Origin: Candidatus Shapirobacteria bacterium CG_4_10_14_0_8_um_filter_39_15
GTDB taxonomy: Bacteria > Patescibacteriota > Microgenomatia > UM-FILTER-39-15
Direction: 5' to 3'
Length of the DNA: 64,000 nt
Assembly (NCBI GenBank): GCA_002784465.1
Contig: PFLE01000013.1
Span: forward strand, 10,972-74,971
Of the stretch, positions 54,811 to 62,613 are shown in pieces. Under the pieces are notes generated by a model, which searched no databases, was not told where the DNA came from, and saw nothing but the letters and a program-made list of their open reading frames with translations. Every line of letters starts with the position of its first letter. Within the stretch, counting starts at the first letter, position 1. The position numbers and the translations under genes were made by a program.

Positions 54811-54935
54811 AAGATCAGTTGAACAGAAAATCAGGTTAAGAAAACAGAGAGCAGAGAACTGTTAATTCAATATTGCCGATATTCTGATCTCCGATAATCT
54901 TTTCCTGATATACTGGTCTACTGATTTACCATTAA
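54811..54935. repeat. Family A palindromic repeat, copy R5 (divergent region between the pilin pair and the SpoIID-domain gene)
   Basis: GAAGATCAGTTGAACAGAAAATCAGGTTAAGAAAACAGAGAGCAGAG...CCGATATTCTGATCTCCGAT...CCTGATATACTGGTCTACTGATTTACC closely parallels R3. Confidence 0.55.
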
Positions 54936-54953
54936 CTGTTATAATTACACAAG

Positions 54954-56711
54954 ATGAAACTTCGCCGCCCAATTTTTATTTTACTGGTTGTCTTGTGTAC
55001 TAGTTCACTAGTGCACTGGTACACTAGTACATCAGTACGCGCCCTCTCTCCCGATTGCAGCCAGCCTGCTTCTAATATTCCGCCGGATAAATGGGAGACT
55101 TGCCGTTTGGAATACGAAAAAGAAGCAGATCTATTGGGCTCGGCCAATGCGACCAATCGGGAAGAACTGACCAGTCTGCAAAAACAGTTGACCAGTCTAA
55201 GTCAAAGAATCAAAGCCTTGGGAAATCAGATTGATTCATTGAGTAAAGATATTACCAATCGTGAAGTGGACATTGGGGTTCAGGAAAAACTTCTTTCTGC
55301 CAGAATCCGCGATTATTATATTAAAAGCCATTATTTTTCACCCCTATTGATCTTTTTTTCTTCCAAAACCGCCACCGATTTATCAAGGGAATTAAGTTTG
55401 CGCAACGCGGTGATGACTAATGACAAAAACGCGATTTTATCCCTTTCCCAAAAAGTGACCCAATTAACCAGTGACAAAACCACGGTTCAAAAAAACAAAG
55501 ATTCTTTAACCGCTTTGGCCAAAAAAGTTGACGACCGGGCGACTTTTTTACAAGGGGAAGTTAAAAAAACGGAATCATATTTAGCGGCCTTAAGCGCCAA
55601 ACAACAAGAGTTGATTGCCTTAAAGGCGGGCGGATTTTCGACCTCTGTCGGAGATGTCCCGCCGGCCGATGATCCGGCTTCCCGGCCCGATTATAATCCG
55701 GGTTTTTCTCCGGCATTTGCCGCTTTTTCTTTTGGCGCGCCTCACCGGAAAGGAATGAGTCAATACGGCGCTTTTGGCCGAGCTAAGCTCGGTCAATCGG
55801 TTGAAGATATTTTGCATGCTTATTACGGCGGGGGAATTGAAATTAAAAAAGATTATTCCAATGAAACGATCGTGCTTGGTAGATATAATTCTCAGGGTAA
55901 GTTAATTTGCGATCAAGGATCTGTTGATTTAGAAACGTATGCAAAACGGATTTATGAAATGCCCGGATCTTGGGGAGATAGTGGTGGCATGGAAGCACTC
56001 AAGGCCCAGGCCGTCGCAGCAAGATCGTACGGTTTAGCTGCAGTAAAAGGGAGCGGTTGTATTTGCATGACCGAAGCCTGCCAGGTTTACAAACCGGCGA
56101 ACAAAGGCGGTAAATGGGACGAAGCGGTTAACGTCACCCGCGGTTGGGTATTAATGGCCAACGGCCAGCCTTTTTCGGCCTGGTATGCGTCAACGGCCGG
56201 CGGCTATACTTTTTCTTATACCGGTAATGGTTATTCAACGCCCGGTTTATGGGATACGACCGGCGGTCGAGGAGCTTGGACAGATGGCGCTTATGAAAAA
56301 CTGGCCGGATCGCCCTGGTTTTATAAAGCCTGGTATCGGGTGAGAAGCGGCGATGTTTGCGGCGGCCGGAATCATCCCTGGCTAACATCTTCAGACATGG
56401 CTGATATTCTGAATGCCTGGAAAGTTTTATTTCAAGGCGGCGGTGATGCCGGCCGAATTTTTCCACCTGACAATTGCGGCGGGGGCAATCCTTATTCCAT
56501 AAGCGAATTGCAGACGATCGGCGGTTTTACCGGCGTTTCCGGCGTTTCCCAAGTAATTTATGGCGATAACGGCTCAACCATTTCCGTCAGCCTAGTAACC
56601 AATAAAGGAGAAGTGAAAATTACTGGTGAAGAATTCAAAAAGGCCTTTAACTTGCGGGCGCCGGGCAATATCGGTATCAAGAGCTCACTTTTTAATCTGG
56701 TTAAAAAATGA
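54954..56711 (+). CDS. SpoIID/LytB-domain protein with N-terminal signal/TM and coiled-coil region
   Basis: C-terminal domain with GMSQYGAFGRAKLGQSVEDILHAYYGG (SpoIID signature). N-terminal coiled coil (LTSLQKQLTSLSQRIKALGNQIDSL). The signal-peptide region is encoded by CACTAGT-word repeats (55000-55040). Confidence 0.65.
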   Translation: MKLRRPIFILLVVLCTSSLVHWYTSTSVRALSPDCSQPASNIPPDKWETCRLEYEKEADLLGSANATNREELTSLQKQLTSLSQRIKALGNQIDSLSKDITNREVDIGVQEKLLSARIRDYYIKSHYFSPLLIFFSSKTATDLSRELSLRNAVMTNDKNAILSLSQKVTQLTSDKTTVQKNKDSLTALAKKVDDRATFLQGEVKKTESYLAALSAKQQELIALKAGGFSTSVGDVPPADDPASRPDYNPGFSPAFAAFSFGAPHRKGMSQYGAFGRAKLGQSVEDILHAYYGGGIEIKKDYSNETIVLGRYNSQGKLICDQGSVDLETYAKRIYEMPGSWGDSGGMEALKAQAVAARSYGLAAVKGSGCICMTEACQVYKPANKGGKWDEAVNVTRGWVLMANGQPFSAWYASTAGGYTFSYTGNGYSTPGLWDTTGGRGAWTDGAYEKLAGSPWFYKAWYRVRSGDVCGGRNHPWLTSSDMADILNAWKVLFQGGGDAGRIFPPDNCGGGNPYSISELQTIGGFTGVSGVSQVIYGDNGSTISVSLVTNKGEVKITGEEFKKAFNLRAPGNIGIKSSLFNLVKK

Positions 56712-56723
56712 TATCATTGGAAT

Positions 56724-57305
56724 ATGCCGGATGTCTATGTTGCTCCACAAGCGAAATTGCCGATAAGGGTTGACAATTTAACCCTTAATCCGATCGGATT
56801 AAATTTTGAAACCAGAGACGATACCGAGGAAGTAGTTTTGCTCCTGCGAAGACACGTTATTACAAACATTCCCTGGATCATCATTGCGATTATTATGTTA
56901 TTTGCCCCGTTGGTTCTCTCTTTCTTTCCGCTTCTAAGCTTTTTACCGCTTCGTTTTCAGTTTATGGCAACAATTATCTGGTATTTATTAACCACCGCTT
57001 TTATTTTTGAAAATTTTTTAAGCTGGTATTTTAATGTATATCTGGTAACCAATGAACGGATTATTGATTATGATTTTTTCAACCTTCTATACAAAAACAC
57101 CTCTGATGCGGAATTAAATAAAATCCAAGATATTAATGTCCAAATGGGAGGATTATCGCAAACCTTATTTAACTATGGTACGGTGTTAATTGAAACCGCT
57201 GGTGAAATCCCCAATTTGGAGTTTGATTTGGTTCCTAATCCGGCTTACGTTGTAAAGGTAATAAGAGAATTAGAAGATCAGATCCCACCCGGAGGAAATT
57301 TATGA
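56724..57305 (+). CDS. Membrane protein with bacterial PH (bPH_2/YdbS-like) domain
   Basis: Two TM helices then the region NERIIDYDFFNLLYKNTSDAELNKIQDINVQMGGLSQTLFNYGTVLIETAG typical of bPH_2. Confidence 0.45.
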   Translation: MPDVYVAPQAKLPIRVDNLTLNPIGLNFETRDDTEEVVLLLRRHVITNIPWIIIAIIMLFAPLVLSFFPLLSFLPLRFQFMATIIWYLLTTAFIFENFLSWYFNVYLVTNERIIDYDFFNLLYKNTSDAELNKIQDINVQMGGLSQTLFNYGTVLIETAGEIPNLEFDLVPNPAYVVKVIRELEDQIPPGGNL

Positions 57306-57538
57306 ATTCAAATGATTTTCTGACGATGTTTTTAAATGCTCAAATTTGGTTGGTTGTTAAATTATTTGTAATTTTGGCTTTATTAATTTATCTTATTTTT
57401 GCCATTGTGATTATTCGTCAGGTGGATTTAATGACCAAGGCGATTAATTTTTCCCTGGATGGTATTTTAAAAATCATCGCGGTAATTCATTTTGTTGGAG
57501 CAATCGTGATTTTCCTGGTGGCTTTAATTGTTCTCTAG
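57302..57538 (+). CDS. Small two-TM membrane protein
   Basis: 78 aa, two hydrophobic helices; start overlaps the upstream stop. Confidence 0.35.
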   Translation: MNSNDFLTMFLNAQIWLVVKLFVILALLIYLIFAIVIIRQVDLMTKAINFSLDGILKIIAVIHFVGAIVIFLVALIVL

Positions 57539-57598
57539 GTTGGTTATAGACATCACGTTTCGGATTAAATGTGATGTATATATAAAATCGTATTTTAT

Positions 57599-59431
57599 AT
57601 GAAAAATTTTACTGTCCGAATATCCAAACTGGTTGGTCCGCCAACCGTTTCCTCCTGGTCGCAAATTCATGATTTTTTTCCTGACGATCTAGAAAAAAAA
57701 CAAAAACGGGGAATTTTTCTGGCGGTTTTAACTTTTTCCGGGGTGGAACAAGGAATTGACGCTGTCAGTTACGGCCGGGAAATTCTGTCTCGAATTCATG
57801 AAGAATATTATGGAGAGATCGAGACCTCGGCGATGGAAAAACTGGTTACCTCGGTAAAAAAAGTTGCGGCGGAGTTTGACGGGAGCGAACATCATCTGGA
57901 AATAATTGCTGGTGCATTGGTGGAAAACGCTCTATATTTGGCAATTTCCGGTTTGGGGGAAGTTTTAGTGAAAAGGAACGGTCAATTACAGAAGATTCTG
58001 GTTGGGACTAGTGAAAAAACCGAAAGCGCCAGCGGTTTTGTTCTACCCGGGGATTTAGTGGTTTTCGGAACCGAAGCATTGGCTAAAAATTTGGCCGACG
58101 GCGTATTAAAAGCCGCCTTGGATAATGAAACACCCGAGGAAATAACCGAGGTTTTAGCACCGTTGACAATCGGCAAAGAAGAAAATGCCCAAATCGCCTG
58201 TTTGGTTTTTCGGGTTTCGGAAATACCAGAATCAGTTTCAGAACCGCCGCCGGCAAAAAAAGCGAAATTTAAAATCAGCGTTCCGAAAATTAATTTAAGG
58301 CGTTTTACGATTAAGGTTTCTTCGGAATCCACAAAAGGCCGGCGAATCGCCTTCAGCATTGCCTTGGTATTAATTGTTTTACTGCTTACCAGCGTTTTTT
58401 TTGGGATTACCAAAAGAGGCCAAACGGAAAAAACCAAAATTTACACCGACTTGTCCGTTCAAATTGACCAAAAAATCAATGACGGGCAAGCTTTAGTGAC
58501 ATTAAATCCGAGCAAAGCCAAAGAACTTTTTCTTTCGGCTCAACAACAGCTCGATCAATTGAAAAACCTCAAAATTAATATTCCGGAAACCCAGCAATTG
58601 ACCGCTAAAGTTGAAGACGCTTTGGGATTGGTCGTTAAGGAATACAGCTTAAGCGAGGCGCCGCTTTTTTTTGATCTGGGTTTAATTAAAGATAAAGCCA
58701 GCGGCAACCAATTGTTTCTTTTGGGTAAAAAATTAGTCGTTTTTGATAAAGCCGCCAATAATATCTATACGATTGATATCGATCAGAAATCGGCTAAAAT
58801 TGCCGCGGGCAAGGATTTACCGGTCAACTCCCGGTTGATTGCCGGCGATAGTAATTTTGTTTTTACCTTAGGAGACGAAGGGATTTTTAAAACCGATCTT
58901 TCGAACCAAACGACCAGTCAAATGATTAAAACCGATTCCGAATGGGGGCAAATTAAAGCGCTCGGTGATTTTGGCGGCAATCTTTATTTATTTGATCCGT
59001 TAAAAAAGAGCATTTGGCGCTATCAAAGTTTGGAAACCGGTTTTTCTACCAAACAAACCTGGTTTAAATCAACCACTCTGCCTGATTTTGCCGGCGCCGT
59101 TTCCATGGCGGTTGACGGCTCAATCTGGTTATTGGATCAAAATGGTAAAATTTATAAATTCACCGGCGGGGTCCAGGAAAGTTTTAGCTTAAAAGGCTTG
59201 GATAAGCCATTACTATTACCGGCAGTGATTTATACTGATTCAGACCAAACTAATGTCTATATTTTGGATAAAGGCAATAATCGGATCTTGGTATCCAGCA
59301 AATCAGGTGATTACCAAGGCCAATATATTTGGGAGGGATTATCGGGAATTACCGATTTTGTCGTGACGGAAACGGACAAAAAAATCTTTTTACTGCAAGA
59401 GAATAAAATTTTAACAATTGAGTTAAAGTAA
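57599..59431 (+). CDS. Hypothetical bitopic protein (cytoplasmic N-domain, TM, large extracytoplasmic C-domain)
   Basis: TM IAFSIALVLIVLLLTSVFFGI at about aa 245-267; C-terminal region with repeated beta-rich segments; no family recognised. Confidence 0.4.
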   Translation: MKNFTVRISKLVGPPTVSSWSQIHDFFPDDLEKKQKRGIFLAVLTFSGVEQGIDAVSYGREILSRIHEEYYGEIETSAMEKLVTSVKKVAAEFDGSEHHLEIIAGALVENALYLAISGLGEVLVKRNGQLQKILVGTSEKTESASGFVLPGDLVVFGTEALAKNLADGVLKAALDNETPEEITEVLAPLTIGKEENAQIACLVFRVSEIPESVSEPPPAKKAKFKISVPKINLRRFTIKVSSESTKGRRIAFSIALVLIVLLLTSVFFGITKRGQTEKTKIYTDLSVQIDQKINDGQALVTLNPSKAKELFLSAQQQLDQLKNLKINIPETQQLTAKVEDALGLVVKEYSLSEAPLFFDLGLIKDKASGNQLFLLGKKLVVFDKAANNIYTIDIDQKSAKIAAGKDLPVNSRLIAGDSNFVFTLGDEGIFKTDLSNQTTSQMIKTDSEWGQIKALGDFGGNLYLFDPLKKSIWRYQSLETGFSTKQTWFKSTTLPDFAGAVSMAVDGSIWLLDQNGKIYKFTGGVQESFSLKGLDKPLLLPAVIYTDSDQTNVYILDKGNNRILVSSKSGDYQGQYIWEGLSGITDFVVTETDKKIFLLQENKILTIELK

Positions 59432-59432
59432 A

Positions 59433-59548
59433 ACAGTAAATCAGAAGATCTGGTAAAGCAAATCCGAGAGCAGAATATCAGTAAGGAGAGAACAGATTTC
59501 CGATCCCTGTTCTCTTGACCCGATTTTACCGATTTACTGATATTCTTA
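59433..59548. repeat. Family A palindromic repeat, copy R6 (upstream of smpB)
   Basis: AAACAGTAAATCAGAAGATCTGG...CCGAGAGCAGAATATCAG...CTGTTCTCTTGACCCGATTTTACCGATTTACTGATATTCTTATTG. Confidence 0.5.
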
Positions 59549-59556
59549 TTGATTAT

Positions 59557-59985
59557 ATGGTGATTCACAACCGCAAGGCCAAATTTGAATATGAACTATT
59601 TGATCACCTTGAAGTGGGCATAGTATTGACCGGCGGAGAGGTAAAGAGCGTTTCCGAAGGTCATGTCGGTTTGGATGATGCCTACGTCAAAGTGATTGAC
59701 GGAGAACTTTTTTTGGTTAATGCCCACATTCATCCTTACGAATTTGCGCAAGAGGCGGATCCAAAACGAAGCCGAAAACTTTTAATCCATAAAAAAGAAC
59801 TTCTGGCTTTAGAAAATAAAATGCAGCAAAAAAATTTGGACCTGGTGCCAATAAGTTTATATTTCCATGGTCACAAGGTAAAACTGGAAATTGCCCTCGC
59901 TAAAGGAAAGAAAGAATTTGAGAAAAAAGAAAGCGTTAAAAAGAGGGATATTGAAAGAAGAATGGAAGAGGAAATAAAAGAATAA
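59557..59985 (+). CDS. smpB: SsrA-binding protein SmpB
   Basis: From the internal Met: MVIHNRKAKFEYELFDHLEVGIVLTGGEVKS...LLIHKKELLALENK are conserved SmpB blocks. The track ORF start at 59515 would read through the repeat. Confidence 0.85.
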   Translation: MVIHNRKAKFEYELFDHLEVGIVLTGGEVKSVSEGHVGLDDAYVKVIDGELFLVNAHIHPYEFAQEADPKRSRKLLIHKKELLALENKMQQKNLDLVPISLYFHGHKVKLEIALAKGKKEFEKKESVKKRDIERRMEEEIKE

Positions 59986-60028
59986 TCGAAAACACTTTGC
60001 TTCTACTAAGGAAGAAACCAAACTTTGG

Positions 60029-60352
60029 GTGGATCAAGCGGAAGATGATTATAAAACTGCGAAAGCAATGTTCAGAACCCATCGTTGGGGATACACCTGT
60101 TTTTGTTCTCAACAAGCCTTGGAAAAGATTTTTAAGGGAGCAATAATTGAATTAGTTAACAAAAGACCACCGAGATCACACGATTTGGTGAAACTCGCCA
60201 AAGAATCGTCGCTGGAATTACTAAAATCAGATTTTGAAATATTAGACGAAATTACTCAACATTATTTTAGAGTCCGTTATCCGGATGTTTATAAAAAAAT
60301 ATATTCAAACGAGAAAGTTGCGAAAACAACCTTTGAACAAACAGAAAAGTAA
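60029..60352 (+). CDS. HEPN-domain protein
   Basis: R-x4-H motif in KRPPRSHDLVKL; helical 107 aa. Confidence 0.55.
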   Translation: MDQAEDDYKTAKAMFRTHRWGYTCFCSQQALEKIFKGAIIELVNKRPPRSHDLVKLAKESSLELLKSDFEILDEITQHYFRVRYPDVYKKIYSNEKVAKTTFEQTEK

Positions 60353-60354
60353 TT

Positions 60355-60606
60355 GTTTTTGGTTCTTATGCAAAGGGAATTGCGAAAAGAGAGAGTGATA
60401 TTGATTTTTTAGTTGTTTCAGAAGACTTTAAAAGAAAATCATTTGATAAAAGATACTCTTTATTGATGAAGGCGCGGCTTCATCCTGAAATGATGAAAAT
60501 TGCGATTGATTCGTTTGGCATTACTCCTAAAGAATATGAGAATGCCAGTACTCTTACAACTTTAGGAGAGGCAAAAGAAACCGGCATTACTGTTTATTCT
60601 GCATAA
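60355..60606 (+). pseudogene. N-terminally truncated or start-less minimal nucleotidyltransferase (MNT) immediately after the HEPN gene
   Basis: Frame from 60355 reads VFGSYAKGIAKRESDIDFLVVSEDF...TVYSA* (GS-x9-DID NTase motif). There is no ATG/GTG/TTG at the expected position and an in-frame TGA at 60334. Confidence 0.45.
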
Positions 60607-60646
60607 TCTTGCTTTTAGGATCCTTTTTTGATATAATATTCCTCAC

Positions 60647-61010
60647 GGGGATGAATTGGTTTCGACAGATTTAGTTCTTTAAAAACTGCAAGCCGGCGAT
60701 GATCACAAGCCGTAAAACCGATCAAAAACTAAACGGCACAAGCAATTATGCCGCCAATTACGCGTACTGCTAAACCCAGTATCTTAATTGCGCTGATGGA
60801 ATCTTTTTCTGGCGAGAATTCATCGGTGTCAACAAAGCCAGAATGCTCTTTACTAGATTGATTCCCTAATAAAGAAAAGATAAAAAAATCTTTATCCTGA
60901 TTTTCCTGTTGACTGGATCAGATCGGGACGAGAATTAATTATCAACCAAGCTTGTAGATGTTTTTATTAACCAAACCTGGATCCGAGTTCAATTCTCGGC
61001 ATCTCCACCC
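60647..61010 (+). ncRNA. ssrA: tmRNA (ssrA)
   Basis: 5' GGGGATGAATTGGTTTCGACAG (canonical GGGG...TTCGAC start). 3' tRNA-like T-arm CCGAGTTCAATTCTCGG and acceptor strand CATCTCC pairing with 5' GGGGATG, then ACC. TATAAT at about -10. Candidate tag ORF ...GTSNYAANYAYC ending TAA at 60771-60773. Located right after smpB. Confidence 0.75.
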
Positions 61011-61020
61011 TTCGCTCTTT

Positions 61021-61067
61021 GTTTAACAACAAAGAGCTTCGGAGTGGCACGGCCACCCTTTATTTTT
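61021..61067 (+). terminator. Intrinsic terminator module (two hairpins CTTTGTT-TAAC-AACAAAG and GGAGTGGC-ACG-GCCACCC followed by TTTATTTTT), copy 1 of a 47-bp exact direct repeat
   Basis: Exact 47-bp repeat of 61147-61192; immediately 3' of tmRNA. Confidence 0.6.
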
Positions 61068-61146
61068 CATGGAACCTTGGGATTTATAACGAAGGGTGCC
61101 CCAAACGAAGTCTTTAGACGAAGTGGGGCAATTATAATTTCTTTTG

Positions 61147-61192
61147 TTTAACAACAAAGAGCTTCGGAGTGGCACGGCCACCCTTTATTTTT
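61147..61192 (+). terminator. Copy 2 of the 47-bp terminator-like module, overlapping the GTG start region of the GIY-YIG ORF
   Basis: gtttaacaacaaagagcttcggagtggcacggccaccctttattttt repeated 126 bp downstream of copy 1. Confidence 0.5.
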
Positions 61193-61471
61193 GTGAAACG
61201 GGATAAACTGAGTGAAGGGTGTTACAATTTATTTGTGTACTACGTTTATATTCTTCAATTAAGAGATAAAACTCATTACGTTGGTTATTCCTCAAACCTT
61301 AAACAACGAATAAACGAACACATAATTGGTAACGTAAATCAAACAAAGAACCTTTTACCACTGAAATTGATCTATTATTCCGCCTTTGAACAAAAAATAA
61401 AGGCTCTTCATTTTGAAAAATATCTTAAATCTTGTTCCGGATATGCATTTAGAAACAAAAGACTCATCTGA
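61169..61471 (+). CDS. Small GIY-YIG nuclease-domain protein (YhbQ/Slx1-like); true start probably the internal GTG at about 61243
   Basis: YYVYILQLRDKTHYVGYSSNLKQRINEH is the GIY-YIG signature (YxYIL...YVGxxxNLxxRxxxH). The upstream part of the track ORF translates the terminator repeat. Confidence 0.6.
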   Translation: MARPPFIFVKRDKLSEGCYNLFVYYVYILQLRDKTHYVGYSSNLKQRINEHIIGNVNQTKNLLPLKLIYYSAFEQKIKALHFEKYLKSCSGYAFRNKRLI

Positions 61472-61478
61472 TTTTTTG

Positions 61479-62192
61479 ATGGGAATACTTGATTTTATTT
61501 TTCCAAAGAAATGTTTAAACTGCGGGAAAACCGGAGCCTATTTTTGTTCCGAATGTTTGAATTTTACTTCTTTAGACCGGGAAAGAATTTGTCCGGTTTG
61601 CGAAAGACCGGCGATTGGGGGAGCGACTCACCCCGGTTGTTTGAAAGACCGCAGTCTCGACGGTTTTACTTCTGTTTTTAATTATAAAGGGATTATCAGA
61701 AAAGGAATTGGCAAACTAAAATATAAATTTGTTTCGGATATTGCTGGTGAATTGGTGGAATTATTTTTATCTTCTTTGGGCGAGGATGAAAATTTTACTC
61801 GATTTTGCAGACAACCAAATATTGTTTTAGTTCCGGTGCCATTACACCCCAGCCGTGAACGTTGGCGGGGTTTTAGTCAGACAAAAATGCTTGGGAATTT
61901 GATAGCCGGGAATTTAGGAATTAGTTTTCAACCTGATTTACTTATAAGAGTTAAGAATACTAAGCCTCAAGTTGGTTTAAAAGAAGACGAAAGAAAAACC
62001 AATATAAAAGATGCTTTCTCTCTGAATCCCGCATCCAGCTTCCCTGCCTCGCCGCAAGGCGGGCCACTTCTCACTTCTAACTTCTTACTTTTTGACGATG
62101 TCTGGACTTCGGGATCAACTTTAAAAGAAGCTGCCAGAACTTTGAAAAAAGCCGGAGCGGGAAAAGTTTGGGGACTGACTTTGGCAAGGTGA
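61479..62192 (+). CDS. comF: ComF-family protein (phosphoribosyltransferase-like; competence protein ComFC homolog)
   Basis: N-terminal Cys4 CLNCGKTGAYFCSECL...CPVCERP and C-terminal PRTase motif LLFDDVWTSGSTL. Internal Met MGILDF chosen as start. Confidence 0.7.
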   Translation: MGILDFIFPKKCLNCGKTGAYFCSECLNFTSLDRERICPVCERPAIGGATHPGCLKDRSLDGFTSVFNYKGIIRKGIGKLKYKFVSDIAGELVELFLSSLGEDENFTRFCRQPNIVLVPVPLHPSRERWRGFSQTKMLGNLIAGNLGISFQPDLLIRVKNTKPQVGLKEDERKTNIKDAFSLNPASSFPASPQGGPLLTSNFLLFDDVWTSGSTLKEAARTLKKAGAGKVWGLTLAR

Positions 62193-62226
62193 TATTGAGG
62201 CGGGAAACTGGTATAATTGGAATACT

Positions 62227-62315
62227 GGAGGGTTGGCCGAGAGGTCTATGGCGATGGGTTGCTAACCCATTGAGTTGCAAGACTCGCACAGGTTCAAATC
62301 CTGTACCCTCCGCCA
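62227..62315 (+). tRNA. tRNA-Ser (anticodon GCT), type II with long variable arm; CCA encoded
   Basis: GGAGGGT acceptor / ACCCTCC-G-CCA. Anticodon stem ATGGG / CCCAT with loop TTGCTAA. Variable arm GAGTTGCAAGACTC. T-arm ACAGGTTCAAATCCTGT. Confidence 0.8.
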
Positions 62316-62316
62316 G

Positions 62317-62403
62317 GGAAGGGTGCCGGAGTGGTCTATCGGCCCGGTCTTGAAAACCGTGGAGGACGAAAGTCCTACGCGAGTTCGAATCTCGCCCCTT
62401 CCG
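62317..62403 (+). tRNA. tRNA-Ser (anticodon TGA), type II; CCA not encoded
   Basis: Acceptor GGAAGGG / CCCTTCC. Anticodon loop CTTGAAA. Variable arm GGACGAAAGTCC. T-arm GCGAGTTCGAATCTCGC. Starts 1 nt after the first tRNA. Confidence 0.7.
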
Positions 62404-62424
62404 CAGATCGTGAAGTGACAAAGT

Positions 62425-62456
62425 GCGCTCGCCGCGGGGGCGGGCGCGGCGAGCGC
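62425..62456 (+). other. Extremely GC-rich perfect hairpin (12-bp stem GCGCTCGCCGCG / CGCGGCGAGCGC) 3' of the tRNA-Ser pair; no T-run
   Basis: gcgctcgccgcgggggcgggcgcggcgagcgc in an otherwise AT-rich region. Confidence 0.5.
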
Positions 62457-62525
62457 ATTAAAGCCTCGCAACGGGGAAAATTCAAGGCGACGGCCGGATA
62501 AGAAGTAGTTCGAACCGACTTTTCT

Positions 62526-62559
62526 GGTGAAGAATAGCAATTCTTCGCCATTATTTTTT
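62526..62559 (+). terminator. Rho-independent terminator for the comF / tRNA-Ser transcription unit
   Basis: ggtgaagaat-agca-attcttcgcc followed by ATTATTTTTT. Confidence 0.55.
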
Positions 62560-62613
62560 GTGCGCGCGATTTTTCTTTTTGCGTGGCAAAAAGAATTATA
62601 TCATGATTGAAGA

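Noticed and set aside
61021-61192. Possible CRISPR array (direct repeats after tmRNA)
   Set aside because: Only two copies of a 47-bp unit with a 79-bp spacer. The unit folds as a terminator (hairpins plus T-run). No cas genes or further repeats.
62404-62520. A third tRNA or SRP/6S-like ncRNA downstream of the tRNA-Ser pair
   Set aside because: The GC hairpin is a perfect 12-bp duplex (not tRNA-like). GTTCGAACC occurs, but no cloverleaf could be built. Left as an unexplained structured element.
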